Source of the DNA: Mobula hypostoma | Lineage: Eukaryota | Assembly (NCBI RefSeq): GCF_963921235.1 | Contig: NC_086109.1 | Coordinates: forward strand, 806,001 to 870,000 | Length of the DNA stretch: 64,000 nucleotides | Direction of reading: 5' to 3' | Part shown: positions 51,585 to 63,369 of the stretch, piece after piece | Layout: each line of letters starts with the position of its first letter | How positions within the stretch are numbered: the stretch's first letter is position 1 | The notes under the pieces: generated by a model | What the model saw: only the letters and a program-made list of their open reading frames with translations | The model's database searches: none | What the model was told of the DNA's origin: nothing | Translations under genes and position numbers: made by a program

Positions 51585-54500
51585 CTTGATCATTGGGATC
51601 TCTTCTGGGGGATGTATGACCTGCACAAAAGTGATGGGTTGCAGCTGAACCCAAGGGGGACCAATATTCTCACAGGCAGGTTTGTCAGAGCAGCTGGGGA
51701 GAGTTCAAATGAATTTGGTGGCGGGGTGGTGGGAACCAAAGTGAAGGAACTTAGTGTTGGACGGATAGTGAAAAAACAAAGATTGCAAGCAGTCAAACAG
51801 TCGAGAAGGGCAGGCAGATGATAGGACATAATTGTAGCCAACAGGGTGAGTATCAGTGCATTAGGGATGCAGAATCAAAATCACAGCAAATACAGTACTC
51901 GAAGTGTTATATCTCAATGCACAGAGTACAAGAAGTAATGTAGATCAGCTTGTTGCACTATTACAGATTGTCAGGTATGATGTGGCCATCACAGTATTAT
52001 GGCTGAAGGATGGTTGTAGTTGGGAGCTGTATGTCCAAGGTTACACGTTGTATCAGAGAGATAGGAAAGTAGGCAGAAGGGGCCGTGTGACTCTGCTGGT
52101 AAAGAATGGCATCAAATCAGTAAAAAGATATAACATAGGATCAGAAGGTGTTGAACCCTTATGGGTTGAGTTAAGAAACTGCAAAGGTAAAAGGACCCTG
52201 ATGGCAGTTATTTACAGGTCTCCCAACAGTACCTGGGATGTGGACCGCAGATTACAACAGGTGATAGTAAAGGCGTGTGAAGAGGACAATTTTATGATAG
52301 TCATGGGAGATTTCAACGTGCAAATCAAATGGGAAAATCAATTTGGTAATGGACCTCAAGAAGGTTAGTTTTTTGAATGCCTATGAGATGGCTTTTTAGC
52401 GCAAGTTGTCATTGACCCTCCTAGGAGATCAGCTATACTGGATTGATGTTATGTAATGAACTGGAGGTGATTAGAGAGCTTATGGTAAAAGAACACTTTA
52501 GAGACTGTGATCACAGTATGATTGAATTCATCTTCAAATTTGATAGGGAGTCTGATGTCGTGGTATTTCAGTGGAGAAAAGGAAATTTTGGTGGTATGAG
52601 AGAGGAGTTGGCCAAGCAGAATTGACCAATCTACCAGCGGTAAATTGGAAGGAGATACTTGCAGAGATGACAGTAGAGCAGCAATGGTGTGAGTTTTTGG
52701 GAAAAATGAAGAAGATGCAGGATAAATGTATTCCAAAATCAAAGAAATACTCAATTGGCAAAATAGTACAACTGTGGCTGACAAAGGAAGTCAAAGCTAA
52801 TGTTAAAGCAAAAGAGAGGGCACACAACAAAGCAAAAATCAGCAGCAAGATAGAGGTTTGGAAAGCTTTTAAAAACCTACAGAGAGCAACTAAAAGAATC
52901 ATTAGGAGGGAAAAGATGAAATATGAAAGCGAGCTAGCAAACAATATCAAAGTGGATAGTAATACCTTTTTGAGTATGTAAAAAAATAAAAAAGAGATGA
53001 ATGGATATAGGACTGCTAGAAAATGAGACTGGAGAAATAATAATGGGGCCAAGGAGATGGCAGGTGAACTAAATGAGTATTTTGCATCAGTCTTCACTGT
53101 GGAAGACACAAGCAGTGTGCCAAGTGTTGGCGGGTGTGAGGGAAGAGAAGTGAGTGTGGTGAGGGGGTAGAAGGTGCTCAAAAAGCTGAAAGACCTAAGT
53201 GTACCATAGTCACCCAGACCAGAGGAACTCCACCCTCAGGCTCTAAAAGAGATATCGGTACAGATTGTAGTGGCATTAGTAATGATCTTTCAAAAACCAT
53301 TTGACTCTGGCATGGTGCTAGAGGACTGGAAAATTGCAAATTTCACTTCACTCTTTAAGAAAGCAGGAAGGGAGCAGCAAGAAACTTTTAGACCAGTTAG
53401 CCTGACCTCAGTGGATGGAAGATGTTGGAGTCAATTATTAAGGATGAGGCGATGGAATGGACACAAAACAAGATAGGACAAAGTCAGCGTTGTTTCTTCA
53501 GGGAAAATCTTGCCTGACAAACCTGTTAGAATTCTTCGAGGAAATTACAAGTAGGACAGGTTAAGGAGATGCTGTGGATGTTGTATATTTGGACTTTCAG
53601 AGGTCTTTGACGAGGTGCCACACATGTGGCTGCCTACCAAGTTAACAGACCAGGGTATTACAGGAAAGTTACTGGCATGGTTAGAGCATTGGTTGATACT
53701 GGTGAGGTACAGGTGAGGTACAGGTGAGGCCTCACCTTGAGTATTGTGAACAGTTTTGAGTTCCTCATATAAGAAAAGATGTGACGGCATTGGAGAGGGT
53801 TCAGAGGAGGTTCACAAGGATAATTTCAGGAATGAAAGGGTTATCATATGAGGAACGTTTGATAGCTCAGGGTCTGTACTCACTGGAATTTAGAAGGACA
53901 AGGAGGGATCGCATTGAGACCTTTTGAATGTTGAAAGGCCTAGACAGAGAAGATGTGGAAAGGATATTTCCCATTATGGGAGAGTCTAGGGCAAGAGGGC
54001 CAGCCTCAAGATAAAGAGGTATCCATTTAAAACAGAGGTGCGGAGAAATTTCTTCAGCCAGATGGTGGTGAATTTATGGAACTTGGGCACTAGCCTACAA
54101 AGTACCCAGGACACCTTTGGGGAGCGGTGTCTCAGGAAGGCAGCGTCCATTACTAAGGACCTCCAGCACCCAGGGCATGCCCTTTCCTCACTGTTACCAT
54201 TAGGTAGGAGGTACAGAAGCCTGAAGGCGCACACTCAGCAATTCAGGAACAGCTTCTTCCCCTCTGCCATCCGATTCCTGAATGGACTTTGAAGCTTTGG
54301 ACACTACCTCACTTTTTTAATATAATTTCTGTTTTTTTTTTCATTTTTATATGTAATTGATTTACGTTTATTTATTATGTTTTATTTTATTTTTTTCTCT
54401 CTCTCGGCTAGATTATGTATTGCATTGAACTGCTGCTGCTAAGTTAACAAATTTCACGTCACATGCCGGTGATAATAAACCTGATTCTGATTTACAGGCA

Positions 54501-56030
54501 ACTGTGGAGGCCGGGTCATTGGGTTTATTCAAGGCAGAGCCTCATAGGTTCTTGACTGGACATGGTATCAAAAGTTACAGGAAGAAAGCCGGGGTGTGGG
54601 GTTGAGGAGAGGGAAAATGGATCAGCCATGATTGAATGGTGGAGAAGACTCAATGGATCAAATGGCCTCAGTTCTGCTCCTAAGTCTTATGGTCTTCAGG
54701 TCCATTTGGATTAGATATTGACTTTGTGGAAAAAGCCAGAGAATGATAATAGATGGTTGTCTCTCTTACTGGAGGCCTGTGACTAGTGGAGTGCCGCAGG
54801 GATCGGTGCTGGGTCCATTGTTGTTTGTCATCTGTACCAACAGTCTGGATCAGAAAATTCTCAAATGACACCAAGATCAGGAATTTAGTGGACTGTGTGG
54901 AAGGCTATCATGGCTTGCAGAAGGATCTGGACCAGCTGTCAAAATGGGCTGAAAAATGGCAGATGGAATTTAATGCAGAGAAGTGTGAGGTGTTGCATTT
55001 TGATAAGAACAACCAGGGTAGATCTTACACAGTGAACAGTAGGGTATTGGGTAGCGCAGTAGAACAAAAAGGATCTGGAAATATAGGTTCATTGAAAGTG
55101 GTGTCACAGCTTGATAAGGTCATAAAGAAAGCTTTTGGCACATTGCCTTCATAAATCAAATATTGAGTCCAGGAGATTGGATGCTATGTTGGAGCTCTAT
55201 AAGACATCGGTGTGGCCTAATTTGGAGAATTCTGTGCAATTTTGGTCACCTTCCTACAGGAAAGATGTAAATAAGATTTAAAAAGTACAGAGAAAATTTA
55301 GAAGGATCTGGCCAGGTCTGGAGGACCTGAGTTATAAGGAAAGATTGACTAGGTTAGCCATTTCAGCCCTTGGAAAAAACCTCCGGCTATCCACACGATC
55401 AATACCCCTCATCATCTTATACGCCTCGATCAGGTCACTTCTCATCCTCCATCACTCCAAAGAGAAAAGGCCAAGTACACTCAACCTATTCTCATAAGGT
55501 ACACCCTCTAATCCAAGCAACATCCTTGTAAATCTCCTCTTTGGTCTCTCTATAGTATCCACATCCTTCCTCTAGTGAGGTGACCAGAACTGAACACAGT
55601 ACTCCAAGTGGGGTCTGACCAAGGTCTTCCTTGGAACACAGAAGACTGAGAGGAGATTTGATAAGAGGTATACAAAATTATGAGGGATATAGAGAGGGTA
55701 AATGCAAGCAGGCTTTTTCCACTGAGGTTGGGTGGGACTACAATCAGTGGTCATAGGTTAAGTGTAAAAGGTGAAAAGTTTAGAGGGAACATGAAGAGAA
55801 ACTTCTTCATTCGGAGGGTCATGAGTGAGTGGAATGAGCTGCCAGTGCAGGTCATGCATGTAAGCTTGATTTGAATAGTTAAGAGAAGTTTGGATAGGTA
55901 AATGGAAGTAGGTGTATGGAGGGCTTTGGTCCAGGTGCAGGTCGATGGGAGTAGGCACTTAAAATAATTCAGCCCAGGTCAGATGGACTGAAGGGCCTGT
56001 TTCTGTGCTGTTTCTATGACGCTATGAATC
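51585..56030 (+). mobile_element. Degraded CR1 fragments
   Basis: LDHWDLFWG, LYLNAQS, MGDFN, EDWKIAN, WQMEFNAEKC; tails tcttatgg and tttctatgac. Confidence 0.85.
54083..54492 (+). mobile_element. Rex1/Babar-type LINE 3' fragment inserted in CR1
   Basis: HPGHALSSLLPLGRRYRSLKAHTQQFRNSFFPSAIRFLN C-terminal motif; ends aataaacctgattctgatt; the same 3' end occurs inverted at ~24871-24995. Confidence 0.7.
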
Positions 56031-56103
56031 CTGAGGAGGCAGTGATCATAATATAATAGAATTCATCATGCATTTTAAGAGAGAGAAGCTAAAGTCAAAT
56101 GTA

Positions 56104-57375
56104 CAGGTGGTCCCCATTTTCCGAACGTCCGCTTTACGACACCTCGCTGTTACAAAAGACCTACATTAGTTACTTGTTTTCGCTAACAGAAGGTACTTTC
56201 ACTGTTATGAAAAAAGGCAGCGCACGCCTGAACAGCCAAGCTCCTCCCCCGGAACTGCATTCTAGCCGCCATTGCTTAAACATGTGCTTTACCTCGATTT
56301 ATTTTGTTCATTCGTTAGCAAGTGAGTTCTAAGGTATCGGAAAAGCCTAAAAGAGCTCATAAGGGTGTTATACTTAGCGTAAAACTGGACATAATTAAGC
56401 ATTTCGATCGTGGTGAACGAAGTAAGGACATTGTCCGTGCGTTGAACTTGCCTGTGTCCACCATTCGCACTATTTATACGCAGAGAGAAAGAATTTTGAA
56501 AGCTGCCGATGTTACTGTTGGTTCTGCTCATAGCAAAGTGGTCTCTCTTAGTCGGCATCCAGTAATGGATAAAATGGAAAGTCTATTGCTTGAGTGGATT
56601 GATGAGTGTACAAAGCATGGTGTTCCGTTAAGTTTTCTTATACTTAAGGAGAAATCAGTCAGTCTTTTTAATAAGCTGAAACAGAAAGCACTGAACGATG
56701 CCGATGAAAGTGTTGCGAAAGTGGAATTTAAAGGTAGTCATGGGTGGTTTGATCGGTTTCTGAGGCGAGAGCAGCTTCGTGGTTTAACATTTACTGGAGA
56801 GAGTGCTTCGGCTGATACTGAAGCTGCCGAAAAGTTCCCAGCAGAAATGAAGAAAATAATTCCAGAGGGTGGTTATTCATATAAGCAAGTGTTTAACTGT
56901 GACGAAACTGCAGTTTATTAGAGTCTTCCCGATTCCGGTAAGTGAAACTACACTGTACATACATTATTTCTACTTTATATAGGCTGTGTATTTTTATGTG
57001 TTACTTGGTATGATTTCGCAGCTCCATAGCTTAAAGGTTACTGGAGAGAGTGTTTCTGCCAAGAAAGTTTGCGCCGTGTTTCTGCCGAGAGCGCTGCCGT
57101 GAGATTTTCGCTGCACTAGACAGTGCTGCAGAAAAGTATTTCTACTTTATATAGGCTATGTATTTATCATATCATTCCTGTTTTTACTATATGTTACTGT
57201 TATTTTAGGTTTTATGTGTTATTTGGCATGATTTTGTAGGTTATTTTTTGGGTCTGGGAACACTCAAAAATTTTTCCCATATTAATAAACGGTAATTGCT
57301 TATTCACCTTACTACATTCCGGCTTACAAACCGTTTCATAGGAACGCTCTAACTTTGGATAGCGGGGGAAACCTG
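56104..57375 (+). mobile_element. Tigger/pogo (Tc1-mariner superfamily) element, internally deleted
   Basis: TA|CAGGT...ACCTG|TA ends; ORF 56322-56921 has a psq-type HTH, a CENP-B-type HTH (FKGSHGWFDRF) and stops just after VFNCDET. Confidence 0.88.
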
Positions 57376-57545
57376 TATCACTATTACAGTGGTTAAAAGG
57401 GGTTCCTTAAGCCTGTTATATATGGGTGTAGTGATGGGAATAAATGCTCCCAATGGCTTTTGCCTCAACTAGCCTCCAACAACCAAGTCCAGCTTCTGGC
57501 TTTTATGTGTAGCTTAGCTACTAACCCTGGCAGAGCTGATACTAC

Positions 57546-59780
57546 TGATCACAATTCTATCTCCTTTACCATAGCATTGGAGAGGGATAGGAACAGACAA
57601 GTTAGGAAAGCTTTTAATTGGAGTAAGGAGAATTACGAGGCCTTCAAGCAGGAACTTGGGAGCATAAATTGTGAACAGATGTTCTCAGGGAAATATACAG
57701 AAGAAATGTGGCAAATGTCCAGAGGATATTTGCATGGTGTTCTGCATAGGTATGTTCCAATGAGACAGGGAAAGGAAGGTAGGGTACAGGAACCGTGGTG
57801 TACAAAGACTGTTGTAAACCTAGTCAAGAAGAAAAGAAAAGCTCACAAAAGGTTCAAAAAGGTAGGTAAGGATAGAGATCTAGAAGATTATAAGCTAGCA
57901 GGAAGGAGTTTAAGAATGAAATTAGGAGAGCCAGAAGGGGCCATGAGCAGGCCTTGGCAGACAGGATTAAGGAAAACCCAAGGCATTCTACAAGTATGTG
58001 AAGAGCAAGAGGATAAGACGTGAGAGAATAGGACCAATCAAATGTGACAGTGGGAAAGCGTGTATGGACAAGAGGAGATAGCATAGGTACTTAATGAGTA
58101 CTTTGCTTCAGTATTCACTATGGAAAGCATCTTGGCGATTGTAAGGATGACATACAGCAGACTGAAAAGCTTGAGCATATAGACATTAAGAAAGAGGATG
58201 TGCTGGAGTTTTTGGAAAGCATCGAGTTGGATAAGTCACTGAGACCGGACAAGATGTACCCCAGGCTACTGTGGGAGGTGAGGGAGGAAACTGCTGAGCC
58301 TCTGGTGATGATCTTTGCATCATCAATGGGGACGGGAGAGGTTCCAGAGGATTGGAAGGTTGCAGATGTCGTTCCCTTATTCAAGAAAGGGAGTAGAGAT
58401 AGCCCAGGAATCTATAGACCAGTGAGTCTTACTTCAGTGGTTGGTAAGTTGATGGAAAAGATCCTGAAAGGCAGGATTTATGAACATTTGGAGAGGCATA
58501 ATATGACTGGGAATACTCAGCATGGCTTTGTCAAAGGCAGGTCGTGCCTTATGAGCCTGATTGAATTTTTTGAGGATGTGACTAAACACATTGATGGGGG
58601 CAGAGTAGTAGATGTAGTGTATACAGTTTTCAGCAAGATAAGGTACCCGATGCAAGGCTTATTGAGAAAGTAAGGAGGAATGGGATCCAAGGGGACATTG
58701 CTTTGTGGATCCAGAATTAGCTTACTCACAGAAGGCAAAGAGTGGTTGTAGATGGGTCATCTTCTGCATGGAGGTCAGTGACCAGTGGTGTGCCTCAGGG
58801 ATCTGTTCTGGGACCCCTACTCTTCATGGTTTTTATAAATGACCTCGATGAGAAAGTGGAGAGATGGGTTAGTAAATTTGCTGATGACACAAAGGTTGGG
58901 GATGTTCTGGATAGTGTGGAGGGCTGTCAGAAGTTACAGCGGGACATTGATAGGATGCAAAACTGGGCTGAGAAGTGGCAGATGGAGTTCAACCCAGATT
59001 AGTGTGAGGTGGTTCATTTTGGTTGGTCAAATATGATTGCAGAATTTAGTATTAATGGTAAGACTCTTGGCAGTGTGGAGGATCAGAGGGATCTTGTGGT
59101 CCAAGTCCATAGGACACTCAAAGCTTCTGTGCAGGTTGACTCTGTGGTTAAGAAGGCATAGCCTTCATCATTGGCTGTGTGATGGAGTTTAAGAACCAAG
59201 AGGTAATGTTACAGCTATATAGGAGCCTGGTCAGACCCCACTTGGAGTATTGTGCTCAGTTCTAGCGCCTCGCTACAGGAATGATGTGGAAACTATAGAA
59301 AGGGTGCAGAGGAGATTTACAAGGATGTTTCCTGGATTGAGGGACATGCCTTATGAGAATAGGTTGAGTGAACTCGGCCTTTTGTCCTTGGAGCGACGGA
59401 GGATGAGAGGTGACCTGATAGAGGTGTATAAGATGATGAGAGGCATTGATCGTGTGGATAGTCAGAGTCTTTTTCCCAGGGCTGAAATGGCTAGCATGAG
59501 AGGGCACAGTTGTAAGTTGCTTGGAAGTAGGTACAGAGGAGATGTCGGGGTAGGTTTTTTATGCAGAGAGTGGTGAATGCGTGGAATAGGCTGCTGGCGA
59601 CTGGTGGAGGCGGATACGATGGGGTTTTTTAAGAGACTCCTGGATAGGTACATGGAGCTTCGAAAAATAGAGGGCTTTGGGTAACACTAGGTAATTTCTA
59701 AGGTAAGGACATGTTCGGCACAGCTTTGTGGGCTGAAGGGCCTGTATTGTGTTGTAGGTTTGCTGTGTTTCTATGTTTCT
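57546..59780 (+). mobile_element. 5'-truncated CR1 ORF2 inserted in an unclassified repeat (~57380-57545 and ~59781-60170)
   Basis: [34 protein letters not shown]; tail tgtgtttctatgtttct. Confidence 0.88.
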
Positions 59781-60169
59781 GCTGACAGTAGAAAGGGCAA
59801 AGTCAGATTCCTGGCTCCTTAATACACGTCGCTTCAGGCAGATGGGCCTAGTCAGCTGTTGTTGGTGGCTCCCCTAGGAGAGGGAAAATGCTGACCTCAA
59901 ACCTCTGCTGCCATGATGCTATACACATTCATGAGGAAGGCTTTGGGAGTAAACCCTGAGTGAAAAATCCAGAGCTGGAGTCCCTAAGGCAGCCCTACTC
60001 CGACAGACATGTCCACATGTCCTTGATGTGCTGGTGCCAAACCACCTTTCCCTTCAAATGCATGGAGAGAGAGACAGCTTACTACATGGGCAACAGCTTG
60101 CTCTCTATATTGTACTGCCTTGGCTTGTATGTATAGACAGCTGGGATAATCTTCCATGGTCGACCCTGG

Positions 60170-62085
60170 AAGCCTCAATTCAAATGGGAATTTAAAAAGC
60201 ATAAAGTATTGACTGATTGGCAAGAGACAAGGAGTTGGAAGGACCCTTTTCTGTTTGGGTGCCTTTGACTAGAGGTATTCTGCGGGTGTCAGTGTATGCC
60301 AATGATTTGGATGCTGGAAGTGATGACTTTGTGCCCATATTTGCAGATGATATAAAGTTAGGTGGAGAGGCAGCTAGTGCTGAGGAAGCTGGGAGGCTGC
60401 AGAAGGACATAACACATTTTAGGAGAATGGGCAGAGAAGTAGCAGATGGAATAGTGTGTCAGGAAGTGTAAGGTCATGCAATTTTGTAGAAGAAATAAAA
60501 GTGTAGACTGTTCTCCAACCAAAAATCTGAGGTACAAGGGACTTGGGAACCCTTGTGCAGAATTCCCTAAAGGTTTCAACTTGCAGGTTGTCAGTGGTGA
60601 GGAAGGCAAATGCAATATTAGCATTCATTTCAAGAAGAATTGAATATAAAACCAGGGATGAAATGCCAAGACATTATAAAGCACTACTGAGGCCTCACTT
60701 GGAGTACTGCGAGCAGTTTTGGGCCCCTTATCTGAGAGAGGATGTGCTGACATTGGAACAGGTTCAATGCGGGCTCATGAAAACGATTCGAGAAATGAAA
60801 GACTTCTCAGATGAGGAGTACTTGATGGTTCCGGAACTGGACTCGCTGGAATTTAGAAGAATGAGGGGGGATTTCGTAAGGCCTAGGTGGAGTGGATGTG
60901 GAGAGGATGTTTCTAATAATGGGGAGTGTAGGACCAGAGGGCACAACCTCAGTATAGAGTCCATTTAGAACAGAATCGAGGAGGAATGTTTTCAGCCGGA
61001 AGGCGATGAATCTGTGGAATCTGTTGCCACAGGTGACTGTGGAGCCAGGTCATTGCATGTACTGAAGGTGGAGGTTCATAGGTTCTTGATTAATCAGGGC
61101 GTGGAAGTTTACAGGGAGAAGGCAAGAGAATGGGGTTGAGAGAGAAATGGATCAGCCATGATGAAATGGCGGAAGAGATTAAATGGGCAAAATGACCTAT
61201 TCTGCTTTTATGTACAGTACATCTTATAATCTCGTGGTTTTTAAAGTGGCTGCAGAGGCTTACAAGATGGTAAACAAGGCATATGACATGTTTGCCATTA
61301 TTTGTCGAGGCTTTGACATCAAGGCTCAGAAACTTAAGTTATAACTGTATCAAACTCCGGTTAAAACACATCTGTAGTATTGCATTCAGTTCCGGGTCCC
61401 CACTTCAGGAAGGATGCTGAGGCTTTCAACAAGATGCAGAAGGGGTTTACTAGGATGCTGCCTGGAAAAGAGGGCTGGTGTTATAAGGAGTGTTTGGACA
61501 AATGAAGGTTCTTTTCTTTGGTGCGGTGGAGGCTAAGGGAGACCTGTTAAAGGTTTATAAGATTATGAGAGGCACAGATAGAGCCAGTATCTTTTTCCCT
61601 GTAGTTGAGTTGCGGGGGTGGGGGGGTAAATTGGTGTGCTGGGCAGGTTTATTGTGCACAGAGTGTGCTGGGTGCCTGGAATGTACTTGCCAGGAGTGAT
61701 AGTAGACGGTGTTTAAGAGTTTCTAAGATAATAAACAGGAACGTGCAAGAAATGGAGGGATATGAACATTCTGTAGGTAGAAGGAATTGGTTTAGTTACT
61801 AGCTTCACTAGTTAGGCACAACATGGTGGGCAGGAGGACCCGTTCCTCTGCATTACTGTTCTGTGTTCTATTGTGGATAGTCTGACCTCCCCTCCTAAGG
61901 AGAATCAACATGTGACAGAGGGACTGCAGTGAAGGCTCCTCAGATCAATTTCCAGGTTTGGGGAAGATCATTTGTCACATGAGGAGAGATGAAGCAGATT
62001 GGGACTGTCCCCTCTGTAGCTTAGAAGAATGAAAAGTGCTCTCATTGAAATATCCAAACTCCTGACAGGGTTCGACAGGGAGGGT
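60170..62085 (+). mobile_element. Degraded CR1 3' fragments
   Basis: IFADDIKLGG, RPHLEYCEQFWAPY, GDLLKVYKIMRG. Confidence 0.8.
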
Positions 62086-62114
62086 GTTCTGCCTGAGTGT
62101 GCATGGCTTTGAAT

Positions 62115-62455
62115 GAGACTGAAGCTTCTTCTGCACTGTCCCATCAGAAGCTCACAGGGCACGGGTTAGACACAGAGTGAAGCTCCACTGTCCTGTGACA
62201 CACTCCCAGGACACGGGTCAGATATAGAGAGAAGCTCCCTCTACACTGTCCTGTCACACACTCCCAGGGCATGGGTTAGACATAGAGAGAAGCTCCCTCT
62301 ACACTGTCCTGTCACACATTCCCAGGGCATGGGTTAGCCACAGAGTGAAGCTCCCAAAGCATGGGTTAGACATAGAGAGAAGCTCCCTCTACACTGTCCC
62401 ATCACATACTCACAAAGGACAGACGCAGAGTGAAGCTCCCTCTAAACTGTGCTGT
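62115..62455. repeat. ~58-bp tandem repeat abutting the exon donor
   Basis: Unit approx. agagagaagctccctctacactgtcctgtcacacactcccagggcatgggttagacat; about 6-7 partial or complete copies. Confidence 0.85.
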
Positions 62456-62481
62456 CAGCTCCTGACTTTAGCACTCTTTAC

Positions 62482-62631
62482 CTGGTAGGCCATTTCCCAT
62501 TCCGAGTGCCAGTCCATCCTTGGTCCATTGGACAATGCCAGAGTAGTTGAAAACAGCACAGGAGAGGAGGGCACTGTCTCCGGCCACCACAACCTGATCT
62601 CGGGGCTGCTCGGTGATTCGTGACCCGCTCA
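62482..62631 (-). CDS. KIRREL1: KIRREL1-like exon (equivalent to exon 2; Ig1 N-half)
   Basis: Manual translation: [49 protein letters not shown]. Acceptor ttccacAG, donor GTaaag, 150 bp. [18 protein letters not shown] matches recalled KIRREL1. This frame is not in the ORF track. Confidence 0.9.
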
Positions 62632-63318
62632 CTGTGGAAAGAACACAAGCTGGACAAACCTTTCACAGTGTCAGTGAGAGAGGGTCAGTGATGGGGAAGG
62701 AGAGTGATAGAGGAACAGTGAGTGAGGAATGATGTGAGGGTTAGTATTGAGGGGGCTGTGAGAGCTCCACCCTGTGGGAGCAGTGGTAAAGTTAAGGAGA
62801 AGAAGTGGTGGGTTTCTGTGAGTAGTGAGGGACCAATAGTTAAGTCACTTCTATGTTTTCTATGTTTCTATGTTTAAATCAATTGGCTGAATTAATTTAT
62901 TTTCTGTGGTCCTTGTTTGCCGTCAAACTCAATCTTGTTTATAGCTACCTGCTGCCATCCCTATGCCTAGCTTTTCCTCTGCTCCCTTTTTCTCTCTCTC
63001 CCTCTCTTTCTATCTCACACTTTCTTCCTTTCCATAAGGCTCTCCTTGTTTTCTATCCCTGCTTCTTATTCACTCACCTCCTGTCTGTCTCTTTTTCTTC
63101 TTCTGTGTCTCCAACTCCTTTTGTTATTCTGAACCTGTCAACCTCTCTATATCTGTTCTTTCTCTTTTCTCACCCTGTATTGCCCCATCCTCACGTTCTC
63201 TTTCTCTTTGTGTCTCTGTCTCTTGTTGCTCGGTGTCAAATTTCTCGGCTCTTCCCTGTCAGTGTGCCTTTATTTGTCTCTCTTCCTCTCACTGTTCATC
63301 TCCATCTCCCTCAATCCT

Positions 63319-63326
<8 letters not shown>

Positions 63327-63367
<41 letters not shown>
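63327..63367. repeat. (CT)n microsatellite within a CT-rich region (~62950-64000)
   Basis: About 20 uninterrupted CT units. Confidence 0.9.
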
Positions 63368-63369
<2 letters not shown>

